DNA of 24,205 nt from a virus (lineage: Duplodnaviria > Caudoviricetes): positions 1-24,205 of IMG/VR virus record IMGVR_UViG_3300020045_004256; one strand, written 5' to 3'. Below the pieces are notes generated by a model. That model was not told where the DNA came from. It saw only the letters and a list, made by a program, of their open reading frames with translations, and did no database searches. Shown here piece by piece: positions 8,747 to 19,900 of this stretch. Numbering within the stretch: position 1 is the stretch's first letter; the number at the start of each line of letters is the position of its first letter. The position numbers and the translations under genes were made by a program.

Positions 8747-9176
8747 AGAAGCCGCTTATTCCGACATTTATGACGTAGGGGTGATGGCCAAGAACTTCGA
8801 GAACCATACTGTCCATGTGAAGGTTGACCCTGGATATACCGCCCTGGTGTATTGGCGCCATATTCTCAAGGGAACCGGGGTTGTTTTTGTAATTGAGAGG
8901 GAAGGCCAAATAGTTGGCGGGCTTGGCGGAATCAAGGGGCCAGACCTCCACTACCCAAGAATTATCGCCGTCGAGACATTCTGGTTCGTCCTTCCAGAAC
9001 ACAGGGGCGAAGGGTTGAAGCTGATGGAGAAATTTGAGCAGTGGGCAGTTGACCAAAAATGCGACGCCGTGGCGATGGTTCACTTATCTGACAGCCAGCC
9101 AAAGGTTTTAGAAAAGATTTACGCACGGAAAGGCTACAGCCTGGTGGAAAAACATTATTTAAAGGTGCTGATATGA
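8739..9176 (+). CDS. GNAT family acetyltransferase (slot of P22 gp14)
   Basis: MIREA...D start, WFVLPEHRGEGLKL acetyl-CoA motif A, and IYARKGY. Confidence 0.88.
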   Translation: MIREAAYSDIYDVGVMAKNFENHTVHVKVDPGYTALVYWRHILKGTGVVFVIEREGQIVGGLGGIKGPDLHYPRIIAVETFWFVLPEHRGEGLKLMEKFEQWAVDQKCDAVAMVHLSDSQPKVLEKIYARKGYSLVEKHYLKVLI

Positions 9177-9862
9177 GTGTGGTTTCTGGAGTTATGGGCG
9201 CCAACGCCGCCGAAGACGCGGCAGGGATGCAAGCCGAATCAGCAGCGCAAGCCAACGAAACACAGTGGAAAATGTACGAGCAGTCTCGGAAAGATCAAAT
9301 GCCGTGGCTCGTCGCCGGTGAAGAAAACCTGGGCAACCTGAACGCAATGGTAGCGGACGGCCCGGGCTCCTTCAAGGACAGCGAGTATTACGACCAGGGG
9401 CTTGAGGAAGCCAACCGGGCCACCGACACCTATCTTGCCTCTCGCGGCCTGTACGGCTCAGGGAAGGCGGCAAAAGACCTCCAGAAAACCGCCGTGTCAA
9501 TTAATACCCAGAACCGGGGAAATTGGTTGAATGAGTGGATCGCCACCAAGCTCAATCCGACTCAATCGCTTGCCGGGGTCGGCCAGTCTGCGGCGGCGGG
9601 GATGGCTGGTAATGCCTTAAATACCGGGAATATTATTGGCAATAACTTGATGTCTGCCGGTAACGCCCGTGCCAACGGGATGATTGGAGCGGCCAATGCC
9701 AGAACGCAGGGGGCGCAGGGGGTAGCCAACGCGGTGGCGTCGTATTATGGGAACTCGGGTGCAGCGGCAGGAGGTGGAGCGGCTAGTGGGGCAAGCAACG
9801 ATTGGGTTGGCACAAGCGCAGGCGGAACGGCGGGAACCACAGCGGGAAGCGAAGGTTGGTAA
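9173..9862 (+). CDS. DNA transfer/ejection protein, P22 gp7-like
   Basis: GANAAEDAAGMQAESAAQANETQWKMYEQSRKDQMPW, RGLYGSG and G/A/N-rich AGNARANG motifs. Follows the GNAT with an ATGA overlap. Confidence 0.8.
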   Translation: MSVVSGVMGANAAEDAAGMQAESAAQANETQWKMYEQSRKDQMPWLVAGEENLGNLNAMVADGPGSFKDSEYYDQGLEEANRATDTYLASRGLYGSGKAAKDLQKTAVSINTQNRGNWLNEWIATKLNPTQSLAGVGQSAAAGMAGNALNTGNIIGNNLMSAGNARANGMIGAANARTQGAQGVANAVASYYGNSGAAAGGGAASGASNDWVGTSAGGTAGTTAGSEGW

Positions 9863-9887
9863 CCGGTAATATTAAGGAGATATTGAA

Positions 9888-10898
9888 ATGTTAACTCAGC
9901 TACCAGAAGTAAAGGTGTTCGACGCTTCCCAGCCAATGCAAAACTATTTGATGGGCAAGGAGAACCAGCGGCAACAGGCCCGCCAAGCAACATCAGACAA
10001 GCAGAACGCCTTGCTCTTCAGCCAGGGGCAAGCAAACTTCGCCAATCAGCAGGCCGACAGGATAACAGACAGGACTGATAAAGACCTGGCCAGGGCGAAT
10101 GCCGCCACGGATCGCACAAACGCCCTGGCGCAACAGGATCTTACCCAGAACGACCAGGCCAATGCGCGAGAGCAACTTTACGCTAGACAGGTCGCCGAAG
10201 AATTTCACAACAACATCTTGAAACTTAACCCAGAACTTCCGCCCGCAGAATGGGAGGCCCAGACCAATGAGTTCATGGACGGCTGGGTTCGCATGGTGGA
10301 TGGCTTCAGGTTGCCACCAGATACGGCGCGTAATTTATCTCGGCGCGGGTTTAACGCCATATCTAAGGAGAATGTGCTGCGGGTTCAGAATGAATACAAA
10401 GCCAAGCTGGCAAAAGAGAACCAAGTAACCCTTTCCCCAGAGCAGCGCATTGTTAACGGCGCCACAGGAGCCGAGGTGGTTGCCGCAGCGGGCAAGCCTG
10501 TGACCAGCAAAGTGGAAGAGCGACAGAAGGGAAACAAAACTGTTTATGTCAAAGTTTATTCAGATGGAAAGGAGGAGGTCGTTCCTGGCTATGGCGGGGA
10601 TAAGTGGAACGCCAAAGACAAGGACAAGGTAACCGAGTCCGACCTGAAGGCGGAAGCCTGGGGCAGAATTTATGCCGGCAAGGCGGTCGATGCTGACCTG
10701 TCCCTGCTCGGCCTCGATAAAGACCCCGCAATGGCGACGGCGGCTAAGATGGTGGCCGACGACTTCAAGATGATGAACAAGACCACCGATGAAAAGATTG
10801 CCGAAGCCACAAGGATTGCCGAAACATTGAGAGGGACGGGCTCATCTGGAAAGAAGTATTTGGCGGCAATGAAGCCTGATCCTCTGGGGCTCAGGTAG
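9888..10898 (+). CDS. Ejection protein, gp20-like by position
   Basis: 336 aa with a Q/A/N-rich helical N-terminus, a TLSPEQRIVNGATGAEV motif and a C-terminal DPLGLR. Strong AAGGAG RBS at 9874-9879. Confidence 0.7.
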   Translation: MLTQLPEVKVFDASQPMQNYLMGKENQRQQARQATSDKQNALLFSQGQANFANQQADRITDRTDKDLARANAATDRTNALAQQDLTQNDQANAREQLYARQVAEEFHNNILKLNPELPPAEWEAQTNEFMDGWVRMVDGFRLPPDTARNLSRRGFNAISKENVLRVQNEYKAKLAKENQVTLSPEQRIVNGATGAEVVAAAGKPVTSKVEERQKGNKTVYVKVYSDGKEEVVPGYGGDKWNAKDKDKVTESDLKAEAWGRIYAGKAVDADLSLLGLDKDPAMATAAKMVADDFKMMNKTTDEKIAEATRIAETLRGTGSSGKKYLAAMKPDPLGLR

Positions 10899-10906
10899 GG
10901 CTTTCC

Positions 10907-10953
10907 CGGGGTTATCCAAATTCACTGAACTTTAACGGGGTTATTGAAATTCA
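10907..10953 (+). repeat. 18-nt imperfect direct repeat upstream of the giant gene
   Basis: CGGGGTTATCCAAATTCA (10907-10924) versus CGGGGTTATTGAAATTCA (10936-10953), 16/18 identical. Confidence 0.75.
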
Positions 10954-13900
10954 TGCAAATCGCAGATATCCGCCAGAAGTACCCGGAGTACAGTGATCTA
11001 TCAGACGGAGAACTTGTTTCTGGCCTGCACAAGAAATTCTACTCAGATATACCCATTGTTGAGTTTTCTAAGAAACTTGGGCTCACAGCGCCCACCGACA
11101 CAATCCAGCCACCAACGGTAACCGGTGAACTAGCGAATGCCGCAAAGAATTATCTTTCAACCCCGTCAACCCCGTCAGCCTTCAAGGATGTTGCCGCGCT
11201 TCCCCAGGTAAAGGCAACCGTTTACCCAGCCCCGGCGCAATTCCCTGTGGAGATGTCGCCATCCCACCAGACATCGAGCGTCGCCATTCCTGCGCCAGTG
11301 AACACCAACGCCTTCAACCCAACTCGTATTGATTCTGGCAAGGTTGATGCTCTTGGGAAGATTGCGAGTGGTGTTTCAGGAGCGGTTGGCAACCTTGGCT
11401 TTGCGGCTACCACTGGTTTAGCAAAAGTATCTGGCGAGTTGGCCAATCTTTCTGTTGGTAATGAGTCGTCGCCACACGGATCAGAGGGCTATCTTAACCG
11501 GGAAACCTTTAAGGAAGCGGAAGACCAGCTTAAAAGACTTTCCCTTTATTGGGAGAAGGGAGCGCAAGACACCACCCTGCCGCAGCAGATTGTTGGCGAT
11601 CTATTCGGCGGGGCTATCCCGGGAATGGTTAGCTTCACGCTCATGCCAGCCCTAGCGGCACGGAAATTATCAGAGGGTGATTTCCTTGGCGCAGCAAAAG
11701 AGGCCGGGGAATATGCCGTAGCCAAGACCATGCTGCACCATATCAACCGGCTGACCCCGGCCCCACGCTTAATGCTGGCCGGAATGTTCGGCGCCGGCCA
11801 GGCCGCTATTGCGGGTGGCGATGCGCGAGACATGGCCAGGGGTGCGGCCACTATGGCTGGGTTTGGGGTCTTGGCTGGTAAGGGCGGCAAGTCTCTCAAG
11901 GATGCAGGCGCAGAATATTTTGCCAAGTTCACTGACTTCAAGGCCCGCCGCGCCGCTCGGAAGATGTGGGAGAATGCACCGGATAGCATGAAGGTTCCGG
12001 CCATTATCGCGCTTGATCAGATGATGGCGAACAACCCTAATATGTCAGAGGGAGAAATAATCAGGCGGTGGCCTCAGTTTATGGATGAGGCGATCGGAAA
12101 AAGAAATTCCGGCGAAAACCAAGGGAAACCAGTCTCTACCGATGGCGCTAATCCTTTAGGGGATGTGATCAACGGGAAGATATCACCCGAGATTCCCCCT
12201 GCTTCCCCTAAGCCTCCACCGACTTCAGGAGAAGGGCCAGGAGTAGGCATCAACGACCTTTCCCGCCCCACCCCCACGACCGGCCCGCAGATTGAGGCAA
12301 CCCGGCAGGCTCCCGCATTCCCAGGTGTCGCCCCGGCAATGATCCCGCCAGCGGCACCGGTTAACGCTCTGGCTTCACCGCAGGCAACCCCGGCCCTTCC
12401 TGCCTATCCCGGCACACCTCCAGCCTTTGAATTACCGAAGCAGGCCGCAGAGGAGCGCAACCTGGACACACAGGGCAATCGAATCGACCGGCGCCAGAAC
12501 CACCCGAGCAACCCGCACGGTATCGAGATGCTGGCCGAGCGCAATAAGCCGCTTGAAAGAGTTCTTGACCGGGCAATGGTGAATCATGCCGATTACGAGA
12601 GATTGAAGGCAACTGATCCCGAGTTGGCAGAGAGGTATAAACGCGCAACAACTGACGAGCTGCTTGGTAGTTATGGGGTTACTAGCTTCGCAGATATAAG
12701 GGAAGTGGCGGGAAGTTTTGATAAACAGAATATCCCGTATGTTATTGAGCGGGCGGACGGGGGCAATCTGGGCGGGGCCAACGATAAACATGGCGGCAAC
12801 CACGAAGGCGCCAATAGGGATATCCGTCAAGTATGGGGTGATGTTTATGTCCGCAGAGTGCGAGAGCACGGCGGCTTAGTGTCTCGCGATCAGGGCGATG
12901 AGATTTTAACGATCTGGCCTAACTACACCCTGGCCGAAGTTGAGACTATCCGCGCCGAGATTGAAAACGAAGTACGCGCCAAGCGGGACGAGTTGGGATA
13001 TTCAGACACCTTCCATCCCAAGAAAGGTCTTCCAACTGGCGCCCTGCATATCAATTACGGCCTGGCGGAAGGAGTGCCAGGGAAGTTCGCCGAACAAGAG
13101 AAGGTCGCAGAGTTTGGGCAGCACAACCAGAAAAAGAAAGAAATAGCTACCATTGCAGAGAAGAATGGTTATATTCTTAACCAGGAGACAAAGAAATATG
13201 AGCCAAGAAAGCTGGAACATACGCCAGGGGCTCCCGGCGAACGCGACCGACCAGGAATCGCTGATACACTCGGCGCAGTTCGCCCCGACGCAGGACTTGC
13301 GGCAGCAGGCACACGAAATCCTGGTGGACGCAGAGAAGAAGGGAATTTTCCCGCCGAGGGAAACAGTGGTCAAGTAGCCAAACATCTCGGGGAAACCCTA
13401 TCCGCCGACACGGAATCTGGCCAGCACATCCCGCTTCAGTACGGTCTAGCTGAAGCGCAAGACCTCGTTACATCCCACGACGACCAACTCCAAGTAAACC
13501 CCGAATATCCCGCAGAACTACAACCCCGGAACCGCGACCGCGCCGCCTATGCCCTCCAGGTTGCCAAGATTGCCAATGAGATTAAACCGTCCTGGCTTGT
13601 CAATAATTACAAGGTCAATGAAGGCGCCCCGGTTGTCAGCGGTCAGGGAGAAGTTGAGAGCGGCAATGGCCGGACAATCGGCATTCGTCAAGCATACGCC
13701 ACCGGAAAGGCTGCCGAGTACAAAAAATATCTGGCCAACAACGCCGAGAAGTTTGGGCTTACTGCTGATCAGGTGAACAGTATGACCGCCCCTGTCTTGG
13801 TGCGGATCAGAACAGGGAGCATGTCCGCCGAAGAGCGCATCGCCTTCGCCCAAGAGGCCAACGTCAGCGGAGTTACCAAAGTTTCCACTGTTGAGCAGGC

Positions 13901-16900
13901 CAAGATTGACGCGGCAAAACTCGAATCTCTTGACCAGTTTGTACCGAATGAGTCTGGTGAGGTAAAGGACGCGGCCAACCGGGGCTTTATCCGCTACTTT
14001 ATTGAAAGGGTTGTGCCGGCTGCCGAGCGCAATTCCATGATGGATAGCGACGGCAATCTTTCACAAGAAGGAGAGCGCCGGGTAAAGGCCGCTATCTTCG
14101 CCAAGGCTTACGATAATCAGAAAGTTCTTTCCCGCCTCCTAGAGTCCACCGATTCAAATGTGAAGAATATCACCGGGGCCATGCTTAACGCCGCCCCGGG
14201 TGTTGCCGCCTTGCGCCAAGGCATGAAGGCCGGCAACCTTTACGATCTGGATGCCACCGCCGACATCGGCACAGCAGTCGAGAAATTCGCCGAGATTAAA
14301 TCTAAGGGCGACAGTGTTAAAGCCTTCCTTCAGCAGACCAATATGTTTGGTGGCGGGATGCCCGAAAGCCAGAAAGCCATTCTTGGCTATCTTGACGGCG
14401 CCTCTCGCTCACGCAAGCAAGTTCAAGCCTTTATTCAGTCATACGTCGATGTGGTTAACGGCCTGGGTAACCCAAACCAGTTATCTCTATTGGGCGGCAG
14501 CAAGGAAGTGCCAACCCTGCCCGCAGTTCTTGACCGGGCCATAAGCCGGGCCAACGAGAAGAGCGACAAGGGGCAGACCCTTTTTAGTAACGTCAAAACC
14601 CCGCCTGCTATTGATTTGACGCCAGAGACACCAGTCGCCCCCGCAGCAATCACAACCCCGGACGCCTCTACTTCTACCCCGGCAGAAGCAAGCGCCACGC
14701 ATGGGGGCAAGAGAACCGCCACCATAACACAAGGAGATGTCGGGCAATGGACGGTATCATTCCTTGAAGATGGGCAGGAGGTGTCATCGTCTAATCCGCA
14801 AAGCGAGGCTGCTGCAATAGCGAAGAAAATTAATTGGGAGAAAGGGCGAAAGGCAGGGCCAGTCCCCATCCACAGCCAAGAGGCGGAAATAGATCGAGCC
14901 GCCACTGCCGGGTACGAGTTCGCCAAAAATAATGGGCCGGGAGTTCGATTGGCTCCGCCTGCGTGGGTAGAACAAGACGACTTCACCTCGCTTGCGTTTA
15001 AAATCGGCGCCAGAAGATATTTTGACGAGAACCCATCCGGGGTTACTTCCGAAATAAAGAAAGGCGAGATTGGCGGCAAGATGTCAGAGGGCGAAACAGT
15101 CCTGACCTCTTCCGGTCGAACCACCACCCCTTTCCCGAAAATTGACACCACGACCAACACCAAGACCATCTTTACCGTCAAGCGCGGAACGGCCTGGTTA
15201 ATGGATAATGCCATTGCCGAGGCCCAGGCCAGGGGGGATAGCTTCAACCTGCGCCAGTTCGAGTCGAATAAGGCCAAGCCAAGCCAAGCGGACAAGGATA
15301 GCGCCGAGTTGTACTTGTTTGGTGAGCAACCTGCCGTCAAGCCAAGCATTTTGAAGGACCTGACCCCGAAGGCTCCAGTCCCACGGCCGGCCGCTCTTAC
15401 CGAAAGAGACGCCACCACCGAAGAGCGGATCATCAGCGAGAAGGCACCGGCAGTCCTCGACCTGGCCAACAAGCCAACGGGATGGAAACAGCTTGTCGGC
15501 GAAAACCGTGATTCCGTCACACTGGTCACCATTGACGGGAAAAAGGCGATAGCGTTTACCAACCCCGACGCCAAGAGCGGGGCGGAAGCAATGCGAATGA
15601 TGGCTAAAGCCCACGCCTACGCCATTGACAACCCCTATTCGATTCCAGAATCGTCTCCTGGTGAGCTTGTTGTTAAGCCCCTGGTCGGCCAATCGGCACC
15701 AGCCAAATCAGGGAAGCATGTCTCTAGTCTAGGGATGTCCTACGAGGCCGCAGTTGAAAAGAACCTGATCCACATGGGAACGCCCCGGGCGCAATGGTCG
15801 GCGGTCAAGGTATCAGGAGCCGAGGATGACGGCGCCGGACACCTTATGCCTATTTTTGATTTTCCTAAAGGGTACACCGACGCCCCGACGCTATTCCCGA
15901 TTTCTGGCTCTGACTCTAATTGTGAGCTTTGTGGAAATGGGATTAAGATTATTTATCACCTCCAGAACGACACAAGGAAATGGAATCTGAAGGTTGGTAG
16001 CGAATGTGTTACGCACTTCACTGAAGGAGTAGCCGGTGAGCAACTTACTAAACAGGCTGTTTGGGAAATCAACAGGGCTCTCGCCCGTAAAGTGATAGCG
16101 GCAAGGAAAAAATTATGGGAAGTCTTCGCCACTCCAAGCACAGGTAGTTATGGCCGGCAGGGCAGAGCGATCAATAACCAGATAGCCGCTGGTACGCACG
16201 GTAGGATCAAAGAGCTGACAAAGAATATCTTGGCTGACAAGCCCAAGTTAAGCGGCATGGAGGCCACAGCAGACGGAGCGATAACTAGATGGGTGGCGGT
16301 AAACAAGGATGAGCTCTCGGCGCTTATTGATAAGGCTGCTGACCTTATTGAGAAAAAAACCGGAATCCGCCCGACCTTCGAGGAGGCCAGTGTTGTTCAA
16401 TCTGAAGTAACGACAAATACCACTCCCGCCCCTCTTCCCGAAGGCGTCCATAAAGATGTAGTTGAACGCCTGGAGATGGAACTTGCCACCGCTCAAGATC
16501 GAGCCGCCAGAGAGCAGGCCGCGTCGAAACGGTTGCATGAGTCAGACAATATCCCCGGCTCTTTCGTTACCGGGCGCAGCAATCAGCACAAGGGCTTGCA
16601 GAAGAAACGCGGGGCCATGAATGAACGGCTCATGCGCCAGCACGACAAACTCCAAGCCGCCGAAAAGAGCTTGGCCGAAGCCGAGCGGCGCCTGGCTGGT
16701 TACCGGTCGGGAGAATTCCACGAAAACGGCCAACCCCGGGCCGCCTCGCCGTCCCGCCTGGCTGCCGCTAAAACGGTTGGAACTTATGCCGACTACATCA
16801 GGGCCAGGGTAAGCAAGGGCGATACGGTTACCTTCCTGCCTAATCCTCGCGCGGGAGGTGTGGAGGTTAAGCGCCTCAACGTCAAGACCGTGACGCTATC

Positions 16901-19900
16901 CACCGGGACGAATTGGACATACGACAATATCGCTCCCATGAAAGACGGCCGGGAGATGACCCGGGAGGAGTTGAAGGCGGATATTAAGGCATGGCACCAG
17001 ACCGATCAGGCTGTGCCGGTTGAGAGCTCACCATCCAAAGAAGTTACAGCCAAAAAATCTCTTACCGAAATGGTTGACGAAGCTCTTGCAGGAAGAGCTG
17101 TTGGGAATAAGGCCGACGCCCTTCGGAAACAAGCCGACAAGCTCACCAGCGAAGCTATGTCTATGCTTGATCGGATTCCGCCAGGGCAGCCAGTAGGATC
17201 GCCAAGAGACAGGAATCTTCGGGATAAGTCAGCAGAGAAAATGCGCCAAGCCGGAGAGCTGAATAAACAGGCGGAAGAAATAGAACTAAAGCCAGCCAGA
17301 CCTCAGCCGGTTGAGAAGGCGACACCCCCCTCTGCACAGGTTGAGTGGACACCAGAGCAGCAAGTCAAGATTTCCGCCGACACCCTCAACGAATTGCGGC
17401 CCGACGATGTTTACCGGGTTCTTGAATCAACCCCGGCAGAACACCGGGACGCGATGAAATGGGCGATCATTAAGGAGCATTCCAGCAATCAGCGGATTCA
17501 AGACGAAGTGCGCTCGGCGATGGACGAACTGGCCGCTGAGAAGTTGGGCGAAAAGATTCCACCCAGCCCTGCCAAGTCCGAGAAGCCCAAGGTTATCTCC
17601 TGGGAGAAGCCAGACCAAAAGCAGCTCGAGGAAGAATGGAAAACTGAACAGCTTGATTCACTTTTCTTCACCGGCTACCCGAAACCAGAACAGGCCAGAG
17701 CCTACAAGCAACAGTGGTTTGCCGCCCTGGACGACTTCAGCGCACCCGAAAAGGTTGATCCTCAAGACTTCAAAGCCGACCTTTATATCGCCGAGTCCGA
17801 CGAGAAGCTGGCCGAAAATATCAAGCACATGAACAAGAATGTTCCTGGCGTCAGGGCCATGCTTGATAGTGGAAAGGCTCCAATGCCGGTCGTTATCCGC
17901 AAGGAAGGCAAGCTGAAGATTCTGGCCGGACGCACCCGGATGAGCCTGGCGGCGATGTCTGGCCAGGAAGTTGAGGCGCTGGTAATCGACGACAAAAAGA
18001 TGCGCGAAGCCTTCTACCCTATGCGCCGGGCCGAGTTCCTCGATCACGGATGGGGAATCTTTGGATTTAGCCCGAAACCCAGCTATCCCAAGATCATTGA
18101 CTACATTGAGGGCCGAACAGAAGAGCTTCCAGTTCTCGGGGTTGACCCGAATGCTACCCCTGAGAAAGTGAAAAAAGAGGTAGAGCGCCTGATGAAGCAC
18201 CTGGGCGCCACCAGTAGGGAAAACGCAAAAGCAATGTCTCCAGGGCCGGCCAGCACCGAAGCGCCCGCCGAATCATCCTTGCCCGCCACAAGCCAGCAAG
18301 ATGCCATTGCAACGCCCAGCAAGATTGATCAGGCCACCAGGGAAAATCCCGATATCAAAACAACCCTGGCTTTCCACAATGAAACGATTGAGCGCCTGGC
18401 CAACGGTGAAGCCACCCTGGCCGAATACAAAGCCGGGTTCACTCGCCTCCTGAACAGCCAGGCAGAATTGACCGCCGAGTTCTCCAAGATGAGCAAGCAG
18501 GCCATTATGGATGAGATTGGCGGCCATACTGCCGACCGGATGAGGGGAGACAAGAAGGATGTGGCTGTGCGAAGTGCCGTCGATGCGCTGGTAAATGATT
18601 ATTTCATCAGCAAAGAAGGCGGGATGGGCAGTATTAGTTATGAGATTGGCGGGGATTATCGCACCTCTCGCAACGCCGCTATTCAGAAGAAGATTGACGA
18701 CTTTACCGAAGAAGACTTGAAAGCATACGCCGCCAGGGTGAAGGCGAACCGGGAAAAGTACGCCGCCCGGCAGGAGCAGGCCGAAGAGGCCGTAAAAGAC
18801 CCGAAGACCCTGAGCGACTTCAAGGATTATTTCCGCGCCAAGATGAGCCCGACCGTTTCCTTCAAGGAGGTTTACCGAGGGCTCACACCTGAACAGCAGG
18901 CCGCTTTTGATAGCCACTCGGCAGGCGAGAGCCGCCCGGCCAGGATCGCCGCCCTGGAGAAACGCCGCACCTCTGTTCGTGTTGCAGACCAGACAACCGG
19001 CGCCGTTGTTGTTCCGGGGATGCACAAGAAACATAATGTCCCGATTTGGACTGTCCAGCTTGGTGAAAAGGTTGACCGGGCCAGCTACGAGGCTCTGCTT
19101 GGCACCGCTAAACAGATGGGCGGCACCTACGTCAACAGAATGAAAGCTCGGATGTATAACACCGATGACGGCTTCCAGTTCCGCGACCAGGCCAAGGCCG
19201 ACGCCTTTGTTAAACTGGTGGCCGGCGATAAGACCGAGGCCGAGCAGGTAGTCAAGGAGCGCCGCGATTCCTTCAAGGACGACCGCAGCCAAAGCGCCGT
19301 CGAGCGCCTTAACGAGATGGCCGACAAGCTCGACGAGCGGGCCGGCGAATCTCTTGGACGGGATCGGAAAGAGAATACCTCCAGGCGGGCAGACCAGTCG
19401 GCCCGGGCCGAAGCCACAGCCAATGCCGAAAAGGCTATGGCCACCACCATGCGGAATATTGCCAACGCGATTGAATCGGGCTCGGCAGAACTTCTTGATC
19501 AGGTGCGCCAGAAGGTTCAGGTTGAAACCCTTCAGAAGTTCCTGAACAATGCCCGCAACGGCGAGTACCCGAATTACAGCGATTGGGAAAAACACCGCTA
19601 CGACCCGCCAACAACCAAGACCGCTGGCTTTGTTGAGTACCCGCAATATACCGCTTTCCGGTCGGATTGGGCCAGACTCGGGCGCCAGTTGCGCGAGATT
19701 GACGGAACCAAGAAACTCGGCGCCGGAATCCTGAAGGTTGCCGATGATGTGACCGCAGCCTACGAGAAGTTTGCCAAGGACAATATTAAGTCAACGCACG
19801 GTTTTAGCGAGAAGTCTGTTGCCCGCTTCAGGACAACCAGCGGCGGCCAGGCAACTTTCAAATCAAAGACCCTGGCGGAAGATTCTATCGACCGCTCAGG

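Noticed and set aside
14895-15025. Rmf/CrpP-like pattern (AATAGYEFAK...PPAW...AFKIGARR)
   Set aside because: Too short and degenerate to support without a profile search.
18129-18205. DnaJ-like segment VLGVDPNATPEKVKKEVERLMKHLG
   Set aside because: Resembles J-domain helices I-II but lacks the HPD motif and the following helices, so it cannot be called.
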